Below are positions 51,221 through 64,000 of a DNA stretch of 64,000 nucleotides, piece by piece. The position numbers were made by a program, and so were the translations under genes. This DNA comes from Antechinus flavipes. Lineage: Eukaryota. The stretch's first letter is position 1; every line of letters begins with the position of its first letter. The DNA is taken from positions 357,368,001 through 357,432,000 of the forward strand of contig NC_067401.1 in NCBI RefSeq assembly GCF_016432865.1, in the 5' to 3' direction. Under the pieces are notes generated by a model. The model was not told the origin of the DNA, ran no database searches, and saw nothing but the letters and a program-made list of their open reading frames with translations.

Positions 51221-54200
51221 CTGGCCGCGGCCATATCAGAACTGGGCCCGGGGAAAGCCTGTGATGTTAATTGCCGCCAGTGGGATCCCGCGAGGTTGTT
51301 TCATGTAAATTCCCCTCTCTAACCCTCCTTCCCCCTCCCTTCCCAAGTCTCTACACACCCACACCCACACCCCACCCCCTCCGCCTTCCCCAAAATGTTT
51401 GCACCTCTATCAAAGCCGCTGGAACCCGCCACTGCAGCCGCCGAGGAGGAGGAAATGGACAGCCCCATAACTTGCCGCCTCCTGGCCCTCAATTCATACA
51501 TTCATTGCAGAGGCATTGACACTTCTCTATTTTTGCTCCTCTCTTCACCCACCCCCACCTCGTACCCCTGCCGGTCTTCTCTTCTCTCTCTCCTAGTTCA
51601 CCCTCTCCCAGGACGTTTGTAACGCATGGGGCAAAGGCTAGAGATTTAAATTTGTGGTCTCACCTGGAGATCTGAGGGCAACAGTCCTTGGGAGATGCAA
51701 GTCAGTTTTCCCTTTAAAAACACGCAAACGCCTTGGTAGCACCTGGTTGCTACCTAGCTTGCTATAAGTAATAGATGTAGCTTCTCTGGATTTTATTCAC
51801 AGATACAAAGTTGGAAGCTTTTTGGTTACCTTCTCGACTACACACATTGACGGTTGGTCTTAAATGGCCTTCGTTACGAAGCTGTAAGTCCTCATCAGAA
51901 ATGGAAAATGTGTTCTTTTTCTTTCTTTTCTTTCTTTCTTTCTTTTTTTAACCAAAGCGCTACCCAGTAGCTGAAACACGCATAACTTGAACTTTCAAAA
52001 CCCTTTTATTTTGTTCCACAAACTAAACATTTCGATTTCTCTGCATATTCATTGACTAGGAGAAATGGTCTTTATTTCTTTCCTTTTTTTTCATATATGA
52101 CTAGACTACTCAGGACCCGAGGAGCAAGATTTAGAGAGACAGTGGAAGGGGTTCATTTATTCCCACCCACACGCAGGGTTTGGGAATTGCTCCCAGTTCA
52201 GAGTACTTTGCATTCTCTGCTGCAGTCAGTGGTGTGAGGAGAGGTTTATTACCTTTCGGTGAGAACCTCTGGATGTAGGGAGAAGGAGAGGTGACAATGA
52301 GCAGGAAATAGTTCAATGGGGTCTCTTTAAACAATAACAATCCCTTTAAACAGGAGCCCAAACAGGCGAGAGAAAGCAGAAGCCAGTGTAAAGCTGAGAA
52401 TTTTTTTTTTTTTACTCAAAAAGCTTTTCCACATTTAAAGATCTAGTCTGGCTCAATGATTTGAGTTGATTCAGGAAGCTTTAGGTTACAGACGCAGTTG
52501 TTTCTTGTAAAGTTTCTCCATCACATCAAATCATCTGTCCTCCTCTCAGAAGAATAGAGGTGTCTGGTTTAGTGTAGTACTACTACTACTCTATGTTAGG
52601 AGGAGGGATTTTCATGGTAACTGGAGGTCTTCACCTACTACCATCCTGGAAAGTTAATCAACTCTACGCTACAATTTTGAACTCAGTTTTGCTATTTAGG
52701 TAGCAAGCCTCCAGAATTCTGTTACTTAAAGCACAAGCTACGTTCTTGAGATCACCCAGAACAAGGAAGGGTCTTCTCTTCCTTCAGTATGTCTAAACCT
52801 AAAAAGAGAGCTTTATGGGAAAGGAAATAAAACCTTCGGTTCGTTTAGATTTGGAGGGAGGTTGCCCACCAACTTCTTTCATGGTTTAAGACTGGTGGAC
52901 ATCCAATCTACTAGAGGGTGGTTGCAGACTCTCCCATGCTGGCGAATTTGCAGCGTTGTGCCCCTCGGGGGATGTAGTGGAGATAAGTTCAGAGACTGTC
53001 ATTCCCAAGTTGATTTATCTATTTATGTCCAATTCGACTTGCCTTTCTTAAAACAGGAATCTCCAAAATATTCCGAATCAGAAGCTGGGTCGGTTTATTT
53101 ATTCTGTCCTCAATGCTCATTGCTAGGAATTTAATTACTCTCTTGGGAGAAATTATTCATTACAACCAAAATGGACTAAAATACCTTTCTTCTGAATTTT
53201 TGGTTACTGGTTTTTATTGGTCTATCTTAAATATTTTTTCTTTAAAGAATGATATCCTGAAGGGAATCGTTCTACTTTAGACTTTAATTATGCATTTTGA
53301 ATTTTTAAAAGAAAAATGTGGCACCTCGAAGAAGAGTAAATGTATGTGAGAAAGTGAATGTCTACACAGAGGAAAAACTCATTTGGGATGCGGCATTAGG
53401 CGCTAGGGCGCAATCTCGTATCATCCGCGTTAATTCAGAGCTCTATTTATTTTGGTAAATGGTTTCTCCATTTGTTTATAAGAATTGATAAATATTGGAA
53501 GAATCAGTAGATAATTTTGAAATTTTTTAGACCAGTTCTGTAGCACAGGGGAAGTCAGAATAAAGCAAAAAGAAATGCCCAACAGGAATATTAAAATTCC
53601 CAATATTTGAAAAGATGTTGAGGTTCTTATAAGGTTCAATGCAGAAAAGAAGTGTCTTGGGTTTCCTTAACTAGGGTGTAGAGGAGGTCTTCTGGTTAGA
53701 TGGGATGGGATTTTTCCTTCTCTTGAGTGACTTGTGTGTTCTCTGGTTTCCTTCACGTTTTGCCTCTTATTTTTTGAATCCTAATTGTTCTTTGGTTCTC
53801 AAGAGAAGACCCAACTCTCAGTCTTTTCACTGAGAGCTGCAGTGCATGACCATTTACAGCCAAAAACTTCCTCCAAGCCCAGAAGCAATAAAGGCTTCCC
53901 AGTTTATAGCAATGTGTTCCCCACACTGGGGGCTGGGGCACTTCCAGCTGTTTCTTTCTCAAGGTCTGTCTGCCTTCTCATTGCTATGTCTCACCCACCC
54001 TGGGATATCTGTGGATATTATCAACATCGGACATGATCCTTATTTTTCTTGCAATAAATTGGTTATGGACAGACACCTTGTCTACCCTACTCTCCCCTCA
54101 CCTTACCTCTAGACAATAAGCAAAGTAGCCAGACAAGCATCTTAAAGTTAAATAATTTCTTTTCTACAGCCACCTCCCCAAACTGAGTTTCAATTATCTC

Positions 54201-56139
54201 CTCTATGGGACACTGAAGGTCCCTCTCATTCTTGACAACCTTTTTCTTCATTGAACAAAAACTAGTGGTATAGTATTTTACCATGACCGACAATAAAGGA
54301 TACAATTAAAGAGATTAGTCAAGATTATAATAAGTTATGTAGTGTCAGGGATTTCCCAGAATTCAGATATGTAAAGGGAAAGCTACATTCTTTACATTTC
54401 TTTTTAATTTCATGTAGAATTTGGAGGGCTATGACTTTTCCATTGATATAATGAGGTTAGAAATTGTAGATTTAGAGCTGGGAGGGACCTTAGAGATCAT
54501 CTAGTCAAATCTCTTCATTTTACAGATGACAAAATTGAGGCCTGGAAATATTAAGTGACTTGCCTAAGATGATGCAGATATTAAGTTGTAGAATTGGGAT
54601 TCCAATATAATTCCTCTGATTTCAAGCCACTCTATCAAGCTGCCTACAACCTACATTTATCTAGTACTTTAAACTCCCTTGATGTTGAACCACTTAAAAC
54701 AATTTATTACAATATCTCTAGCATTCATGACAGTTTCTTCTAGCATTTTCTACAGAAGCATCCATTTTATTCATTCCTCTTTAACTGAAAAGCAATCCAA
54801 GGAAGTGACTCCCACCCCCACCAATTAGCAAGATGCTGCTGGGGGGGAGGCACAGTAATAATTGTTCTAGTAGACATTTACTTTCAAGGGAACTACTCTC
54901 ATTCCGGTGGGGAAATCTTAGGGATAACCTTCTCTAGATACCTGAGATAAATCCTTTCCCAAACACTAGCTGAATGACTGTAGGGATAATTGAAGGTGGT
55001 ATTCATTAAGCATTTATTACATGTCGAGCACTTTACATTTTACACAATAACCTGTGAGATAGGTGCTGTTATGATTCTCATTTTACAGTTGAGGGAACTG
55101 AGGAAAATGGAAGTTAGGTGGTTTGCCCAGAATCAGAGCTGACAATTATCTGAAGTTGAATTTGAACTCAAGTCTTTCTGATTTGGCTCCAGTACATTCT
55201 CTGGCTGTCCCCTATGCTTGAAATGTTCTCCCTCCATCTCTGAGTGTGGTTTTCCCTAGTTTTCTTTAAGTATGAGCTAACAACCCAAGTTTTACAAGAA
55301 GCCATTTCCAACCACTCTTCTCTTTCTTATTTATTTCCTTCTTATCCTTTATATAGCTCATTTGTACGTATTTGTTTTTTTTGTTTTCCCCCTCATTAAA
55401 TCATGGGCTTCCTAAGGGCAAAGACTGTCATTTCCCTCTTTCTTCATTCCCAGACCAGGCCCTGGCACAGAGTAGGTGCTTAATATGTTTTTTGACTGAT
55501 TCCAGTACTCTAGGGCCACCTAGCTGCCCTAGATAAGTAAGTCATAACCTCTGTAGGTAAAATTAGGATAATAAGGTACCTACCACCTAAGTTAATTGTA
55601 TTGTTTAAATAGGAAAATACAAGGAAAGTATTTTTTCAAACTTCAAAGTTTTACACCTGTTAGTTATAATTTTCCATTCTCATCATTTTCTTTTCATAGA
55701 ATATCTTAATTTTACCATAGTGATCTCATATATCTAGAAACACAGATTTAGAGCTGTAAGGAATCCTTAACTAGGAACCCATGAACTTGCTTTAAAAAAT
55801 AACTATTTCAATATAATTCATTTCCTTAATAATTCTGTGCATTTAAAAAATAATTATGAGAAGGGATGAATCACACTGCCCAAAGGATGCATGATGCAGC
55901 ATCCTTTAAGAAACCTTAATCGTCTAATCCCCTCATTTCACAGAAAGATTAACTGATTTGCTCAGTCATACAGCTGACCTTATAGGTGGGATTTAAGTTC
56001 AAGTCCTCTCTAGTCTCAGAGGACTAGACTTTTTAAAAAAATATTTCCCCTCATTTTTTTCCTAAATTACTTGTGGCAAAAAAAAAGGAGGGAATCTAGT
56101 CAAAGATGGAAACAATTCAAGAATCAAACCCCAAGGAGG

Positions 56140-56385
56140 GGGACAGCTAGATGGCACAGTGATTAGAGTACAAGGCTCCGAGTCAGGAAAACTTATCTTC
56201 CTGAGTTCATATCTGGTTTCTGACACTTATTAACTATATGTCTCTGAACAAATCACAATCCTATTTGCCTCCATTTCCTCATTTATAAAATGAATTAGAA
56301 AAGGAAATGGCAAACCGTTTTAGTATCTTTGCTAAGAAAATGCAAAAGGGTTCAAAGAGTCAGACACAATTAAAAGAATAACAAC
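56140..56385 (+). mobile_element. MAR1-like SINE; further copies at about 57858-58095 (+), 32190-32355 (+) and 30300-30490 (-)
   Basis: Same head, core and tail as the intron 3 copy. Confidence 0.75.
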
Positions 56386-57364
56386 AAAATCCCTACATAT
56401 CTTTACAACCAACTCAAGTAAAAAAGATTCTAGTATGTAAATCATTGTTTTAAACAATAAATTATTTATTCAAGTAATTCAATAGGCCCAAACCAAATTT
56501 CTTTAATAATTTTAATTCTACTCTACATATTCCTTTAAACAACCATATTCTATATTTTGCTTTCTAAGAAAGCTTTATAACTAGAATATATTCTAACTAT
56601 ATCTTTATGTGGATTTTAATTGCAATGCCCACACTCCTGCCATATCAGGTTATCAAAATAATATAATAAATACATTTAAAATGAAATGTCATGAATAGCA
56701 ATGGATAGAGAGCATAAGGATGTTGAAGGTATAAAAGCTGGGACAAAGTTTTAAAGGAAGAAACCAAAAGAGAAAAGAAGACTATTCAATAAGGGATAAT
56801 TTAAAAATCACAGTCAATATTGAGTAAACTTTGATAAGAACTGAAGTCATAGATGCTAAAGTTGGCACAAAGACAAACAGGCAACATTTAAAATGAAGCA
56901 GGAAAAAAAGAGAAAGATTTATTAGAAAATATTCTTTCCAGAGGTGGGGATCATGGACATGGCAGATACATATAATGTTAGATTTTTTTTGACATGTTAG
57001 TTAGTTTTGCTAAACTCTTTTCCTTTTTCTTTAAAAAAATATTTATTATAAGAGATGGACCTTATTTAGTGGAAAATGTAAGTGGTATAAAAACAATGGA
57101 AGATAATAAAATTATTTTAAAAACCAATAGTAAATGTCAATACTTAAGAAAGTATTCTCTGAAGAAGAAGATTTGTATATTATAGATTTGTAATTTTATG
57201 TGCAATTGTATTTTCCCCATTCTACTATTTTCCAGAAATGCTTGGTTTATTGCTTATGTTCAGAATATCTTTTTTGAAAAAAGAAATAATAAAAGTAAAG
57301 AAAAAAGAAATAAAATCTTAAAATTGAATTTCTGGATATTAGAATTGATAAGGTATCTTAAGAA

Positions 57365-57415
<51 letters not shown>

Positions 57416-59054
57416 TATAGTATATACACATAATAAAACTAGCAACAACAACAAAACATTTTAGGTTTTCAAAGAATTTAAAAATAGATGTCTAAACTTG
57501 CAAGCATTAACTTAAAGAGTTTGATATTTATCTGCTGGAGATGTTCCATATTAACTTTTCAAATCCCAGAAGTGTGAAGTGAATCTAAGGCAAATGATAG
57601 AGAATGTGCAGGCTGACACTGACAGTTATCTCTCCCTCTAAATGTCTTAAGAATTATTCTAGTTTCCTGGTTTTCCTCTATCCTTCAAAGTTCTTTTTCA
57701 ATTACAGTTGAACAATATTACAACTGGTTTTCCTACTTCCTTTATTGATCTTTCTCAATTTTCCTAGTAGAATTATCATCCATCTTCCAAACTTAGCATT
57801 AATGTCCTTTAAGGTTATTTCCTAGACTCTGTTCTCTTTCTACACAATTTCAGAGTGGCTAGGTGACGCAATGGATAAAATTCAAGGCTTGGAATCAGGA
57901 AGACTCACTTTCCTGACTTCAAATCTGGTCTCAGATATTTACCAGCTGTGTGATCCTGAGCAAGTCACTTCATCCTGGGTATTTTAGTTCTTCTGTAAAA
58001 TGAGCTGAAGAAAGGAAAGGCAAATCATTCCTGTATTTCCCCAAATGGGGTCATAAAGAGTCGAAGCAGACTTTAAAGTGACTGAACAACAACAAGTTAT
58101 TAGGAAATTTGAACTACACTTTAGAAAAGAACAGTTCAGAATATAGTACAATGGCATTCCATGGTAGAGAATACCCTAGCTCCGGAGTCAGAAGACCTGA
58201 ATTCAAACATTACTCTTTATGCTCATTGTGTGATCTTTGGCAAGTCATGTAAGCCATGTATAAATCATGTAGCTCCCTCACTAGGCCACAGTTTTCTCAT
58301 CTGTCAAATAAGAAAGTTGCATTAGTTGGCTTCTTGGGTTCTTTCTCGATTTAGAGATGTGTTCCTCTCTATGATCCATGTGATATGAGGGATAACCTGA
58401 TTTTTGCTATAAACTTGACTATCACTCTAAACAAGTCATGGATTTGGAAGAAATTGAATTTTTATTACTTAAATTATCAGTACTCACAAAATTATTCATT
58501 TAAATGAATTTTGGAGCAAAAAAATTTAATCTAGTAATTCCCAAAGGGAAAAAATATTATTTTTAATTTCATTTAACAGAAAAGGTCTTTAAACTCTGGA
58601 ATACAGTAGGCACGTAATACATAATTGTGGAATTGGGAAATTGCTCTAATAAGAGGAGTAATGTTGATTAATATAGATTCTCCTTAAATATCATTAAAAA
58701 AAATTTCCCTCTAAAGTGGGGCAAAAATAAGATTCTTAGGCATAGTTATTAATGAAAAAATTACTGAATTATATTCAGTGGATATCATTATGCTAATCCT
58801 TTTGTGAAATATATAAAGAAGGAAAAATTAGGGTTTCTGGCTGATGGTTCAATGGGGGAGTCTCTCAGTTTCCCCAATAACATCCCTTGGTTTATCAAAG
58901 CTCTGCATGACTGAATACAGGTCTACCCTCTGCTACAGCATTCCATGATCTAAAATTAGATCTCATTCTCTCTCCCATTCAAAACTTGGGGGAAACTGAA
59001 ATTTTCATTTTAGAAGAAAGTAATCAGATTAACTGATTAAAATAATTCTCACTA

Positions 59055-59199
59055 GCAGAGTGGATAGAGCACCAGCCCTGAAGTCAGGAGGATCTGAGTT
59101 TAAATTTGATCTCAGACACTTAACACTTCCTGGCTGTGTGATCCTGGGTAAGTCACTTAACCCCAATTGCCTCAGGGAAAAAACAACAACAACAATAAT
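59055..59199 (+). mobile_element. WSINE1-like SINE
   Basis: CORE-SINE head, short body and (AAC)n tail. 14-bp TSD AATAATTCTCACTA at 59041-59054 and 59200-59213. Confidence 0.85.
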
Positions 59200-60017
59200 A
59201 ATAATTCTCACTAAAGTGTTAGTGACATACAGATAAAACTGTAATGTTATTTGCATTTTGAAATCAGAATATGTTAACTAAAATATATTACTTCTTGGTA
59301 TGATATATGAGGGAGAACATTTTTTGAATAGGATAATCTCTTTTTCTTATATCATTTGTCTATGGTCAGATTTCCATCCTCATCCCCTTAGAGTATCTCC
59401 TAGCTTTTTGTTGTTCAGTCATTCAGTCTTATCCTAGTCTAGTGACTACTGAACCAAGGTAAAATATCACAAACAAATTCTGCCAAATACTATTCTAATT
59501 TTTTTCTCATAGAAATGGGAAAGAGAATCTTGATCAGTGTTTATGGACAATAGGTAAGCTAGAGACAATGCTGTAGATCATTAGATCAGAAAGGAAATGA
59601 ATGGTATAGTAGATACAACACTGGCCCTGAAGTCAGGAGGGTCTGAATTCAAATCTAGCCTCAGACAATTAATCCAGGGCAAATTACTTAATCCCAGTTA
59701 CCTCCAAAAAAATTGGAAGGAAATGTAAAGGACATCAGATTCAATTGGTTCATTTTTTCAGATTAAAAAAGGCAAACCCAGAGAGATTAAATGAGATTAA
59801 ATGCTTTGTACAAGATCACACATCTAAGAACTATAACTGGAATTCCAGGCTTCTCATTCCAAATCCAGTCTCCTTCCCAGTACATCAAATGGTTCTCTAA
59901 AAAAAAAATTAATAGATACAATTGATAATTATGAGGAAATCTAGCATTTCAAGAATGATTCAAGCCCACAATCAAACAGCATCAGTCACATCAAAATGCA
60001 AAGAAAAGTGAAGTTGA

Positions 60018-61230
60018 TAGGAAAACATTTTTACAGTCAAAAGTTCTAATAAAGGCCTCATTTCCAAAATATAGAGAGAATTGACTCTAACTTATAAGAA
60101 ATAAAGCCATTCTCCAATTGATAAATGGTCAAAGGATATGAGCAGACAATTCTCAGATGAAGAAATTGAAACTCTTTCTAGCCATATGAAAAGATTTTTC
60201 CAAATCATTATTAATCAGAGAAATGCAAATTAAGACAACTCTGAGATACCACTTACACACCTGTTAGATTGGCTAGAATGATAGGGAAAAATAATGTGGA
60301 ATGTTGGAGGGGATGTGGGAAAACTGGGACACTAATACATTGTTGGTGGAATTATGAATACATCCAGCTATTCTGGAGAGCGATTTGGAACTATGCTCAA
60401 AAAGTTATCAGACTGTACATACCCTTTGATCCAGCAGTGTTTCTACTGGGCTTATATCCCAAAGAAATCTTAACAAAGGGAAAGGGACCCATATGTGCAA
60501 GAATGTTTGTGGTAAGTCTCTTTGTAGTGGCCAGAAACTGGAAATTGAATGGATGCCCATCAATTGGAGAATAGCTGAATAAATTATAGTATATGAATGC
60601 TATGGGATACTATTGTTCTGTAAGAAATGACCATAGTATGATTTCAGAAAAGCCTGGAGGGACTTACACGAAGTGATGCTGAGTGAAATGAGCAGGACCA
60701 GGAGATGATTATATACTTCGACAACAATACTATATGATGATCAATTCTGATGGACATGGACCTCTTCAACAATGAGATGAACCAAATTTATTGACTTGCC
60801 AATAAGGCATTATTTTTCTTTCAACTCTAATTACATTCTAGAAAATTAACTGGTAAATTCAAAACTAAAAAACTGACTAATAACAAAATTAAATGATATT
60901 TAAAGATATACAAAGTTTTTACCCCATAACATACTTACTGTGAGTCCGCCTGAATTTTTGGTTTCCTTCACAGGTTAATTGTACACTATGTCAAAGTCTG
61001 ATTCTTTTTGTACAGTAAAATAACTGTATGGACATATATACATATATTATATTTAACATATATTTTAACATATTTAACAGTATTGGTCAACCTGCCATCT
61101 GGGGGAGGAGGGGAAGGGAAGGAGGGAAAAATTGAAACAAAAGGTTTTGCAATTGTCAATGCTGAAAAATGCATGAAAATGCATATATCTTGTAAACAAA
61201 AAGCTATAATAATAATACAATAAAATAAAA
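60018..61230 (+). mobile_element. 5'-truncated LINE-1 (ORF2 C-terminus and 3' UTR)
   Basis: ORF 60269-60574 resembles the L1 ORF2 C-terminus (CWRGCGKTGTLIHCWW). A-rich tail. TSD AAGAAAAGTG(A/C)AGTTGA at 60001-60017 and 61231-61247 with 1 mismatch. Confidence 0.9.
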
Positions 61231-62310
61231 AAGAAAAGTGCAGTTGAAAAAGAAAAAAATGCAAAGAACTGAAAAAAGATATCTATAAAATATTTTATTT
61301 ATATTTGGAAAAGGATTCAAGTCCTCTAGAGGAAGCTGGCCCCGTAGAAGAACTGTTATTAATTCATCTGTAGTGTAACATAGTTTTCTTGAAATTAGAA
61401 GAATGGAGAAGACTAATTTTTTAAACTGGTAATTATTGCTATGAAGAAAAAAGAGTTGTCTATAAGTAAGACAAAGACTGGAGTATTTAAGACTGGGGGG
61501 AAGTAATTTCTACCAATGCAACTTACTTTTTCAGTTGATATTACAAATACCATTATCAAAAGAATTCTAGGTAAGCTTCTGAGATCTGGGCATCTTTATC
61601 ACTCTGTAAAACATACATCCCAAAAAAACTGAGGGGAGGTAATTTTTTCCAGCAGAACAAAAAATTTTTCTTCCATTGAGGAAATTGTGAATTCTGGAAA
61701 AGATATTAATATACTAGGAAGCAACATTATTCTGGAATTACAGAAATTCACAAGTGAAGAGGGAGTATTGCCACAAATCAAAAAAGATTAAGAGACATAT
61801 CCAAAAAATAGACTTCAATGACCTAGAAGCTTGCCTGATTTAAACCTCACTGGAAAAAAATACCCATCTAGCTAGCTAGCTAGCTAGATATAGATAGAGA
61901 AATAGATAGTAATCAAATGTGGACTTGAAAAAATATATTATTTATTAAAGATGCACTAAATGTTCAATGTCATTTATGATTTCATGATGAATTTGAAAAT
62001 ATGCTGAAATATTATGAACTTAATACCAAATGGTCTACAGTATATTATTACAATAGAAGGAGGACTTTATAGTAAATATTTTTAAAAGATTTTTTTAAAA
62101 GATTTATTTTATATCAATTAATTTTATTATTTTGCTGTGTCATTTTATACATTACCATAAGTTTCAGAGCAGTTGTAGCTGTGTACTGGTGGAGGGTATT
62201 TCCTCACACCAATAAAATTGTGTGTGTTAGTCTGTGTAGTGTATATAACCAGAGTAGTTTTCTCCCTGTTCTTCCTAACTTTAAAAAAAATGTATGTTGC
62301 ATTGAAGAGG

Positions 62311-62355
<45 letters not shown>

Positions 62356-63374
62356 TCACACACACACACAAATACAATAATATATATGTATACTTATATC
62401 ACCATTATGCCACCATAACTTTAATTTGACACCAACTATTTTTTGCCTTTTTGGGGACTCCCTCCATAGATGTTCAGTTCATTTCTTCCTTCCCTCAGCT
62501 GATATTTTCTTTGAGTAAGACTTTCTTTTTAACTAATGTCTTATAATCTTTTAGTTGAAAGCTAACTCAGCCTTTTCCTAGGTGTGTTCTATTCTGCTTC
62601 ACATTATACTTAATTTCCCCAAACATTTGTTCAGCTCTACACTATAAGATTGTTGTTCTCAAAGTTGTCTTTTCAGCCCTCATTTCCCAATACTGAGGAA
62701 CCTCAAAGGAGAGTTCCCAAACAGTCTGGTATCCAGACTCCGCCCCTGAGCCCCCTCAATCTCTCCTATGTCTCCCCCACAATCCTTACCCTCTTCTTTT
62801 GGGATTTTCTCTGGACTTGCTTTGGAGGGAGTGGGATAGAGCTGCTACTGAGACCTTTCTCATGACAGGCTAGTTAATTCTGCCCTTGTCTCTGGGAGGC
62901 AGTGCTGGAGAAAGTAGAAGTCTTGGGGTGGATAGAGAAGTGGCTTTACTCAGCCACCCTTTTGAAAAAGTGTAGTTTAGTTAAGACATGAGACATGGAG
63001 TAAAGAAAATCTGAGTTCAATTTCTGCCCCAAATACTTAGTAGATATTGGACCCTGGGTAAAACTGTTTGAACTCCTACTTTACTTTTCACAACTGTAAA
63101 ATAAAGAATTTGAACTCAGTGTTCTCTAAGGACCCTTCCAACTTTGAACAGAATATTCTATGATACTTGCTCTCCTGATGCTCATAGTCTGGCTCTTCCA
63201 TGTTTCAATGAGCCATGCATTCATCATGTGGTGAGAGTTAAGGGGATGTGCTCCTTCCGTTTTGTCCTTAGTAACGTCTTAGATAATTGCTATGGTAGAA
63301 TTATTTCTTGCCTTAGATTAGTCTAATAATGACACTCTAGAGACTCAGCAAAGCTGAACAATTGGAAATAGACA

Positions 63375-63560
63375 AATAAGCATCCAGGGGCATCTCTTGT
63401 CATCTTGACCTATATCTTGCCACTGGACCCAGATGACTCTGGAGGGGATAGTGAGGCAGGTGACTTTGCACAGCTCCCTTTAAATCCAATTTATTTGTAT
63501 GTCATGGCATCATCTTCCTGATGACATGGTCATCTTCAGGAACAAAAGACAAACAACAAA
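63375..63560 (-). mobile_element. RTE-derived SINE/LINE fragment
   Basis: Resembles marsupial RTE-related short elements; recognised by eye. Confidence 0.45.
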
Positions 63561-64000
63561 CAAATAGTATAGTCGAAGTCTTTCCAGAAGCTGGTCTCCA
63601 CTGGCATAGTGTTGAAGAACTCAATTACCTCAATGTTATGATGAGTCATCAGAGTAGTACTAGTAAAATGGGTTTATTATAAAGACTTCCAGATTGAATG
63701 TATTGTCCTGTTTTGGGTGCCTTTTCATGATATTACCTAAAATTATCTTACACATTGCTAACAGTAGCTTATAGGCTATATAAATTATCAGAGCATGAAA
63801 GGACTTGGTGATCATCTCACTCAACCCCTTCATTTTACAAATGAGGAAACTGAAGAATAAAGTGATTTACCTAGAGTCACTTGTTACTCGAGCTATGATT
63901 TGGAATGAGGTCTCTTCCCCCTGCTGCCAGAGTTCTTTCTACCCTCTATCCAAGGATTCTTAATTTGGAATAAATGTGAGAGGATCTGCAAACTTTGGTG

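Noticed and set aside
61865-61890. (AGCT)n self-complementary run
   Set aside because: Short simple repeat with no supporting context.
62577-62586. CCTAGGTGTG resembling the centre of the Brachyury palindromic site
   Set aside because: The left half-site is absent and the right half lacks the terminal A; expected by chance.

Overview
Eukaryotic, AT-rich, CpG-depleted DNA. The repeat content (WSINE1-, MAR1- and MIR-like SINEs, marsupial-type L1) points to an Australian marsupial, probably a dasyuromorph; that assignment is inferred. The only intact gene found is Brachyury/TBXT on the minus strand: 8 coding exons from 50832 down to 38371, all GT-AG introns, 1311 nt, 436 aa. It has a CpG-island promoter with a TATA-like box, two CCAAT boxes and a TCF/LEF site. 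The ~37 kb downstream of the gene is a gene-free, repeat-rich interval. It holds a frameshifted GLRX processed pseudogene, two copies of one class II ERV LTR family (one solo LTR with a 6-bp TSD, one followed by a tRNA-Lys primer-binding site), several L1 insertions with clear TSDs, L2/L3/SINE remnants and three N gaps. There is no prokaryote-type system and no convincing novel protein-coding gene. The best leads are regulatory: (1) a tandem splice acceptor at exon 6 whose distal AG creates a TGA just after the T-box; (2) a possible G-quadruplex/duplex switch in the 5' UTR; (3) an inverted SINE pair bracketing exons 4-6; (4) T-box half-sites carried by the LTRs. Repeat family names come from visual recognition, not a database search, and boundaries of old repeats are approximate.
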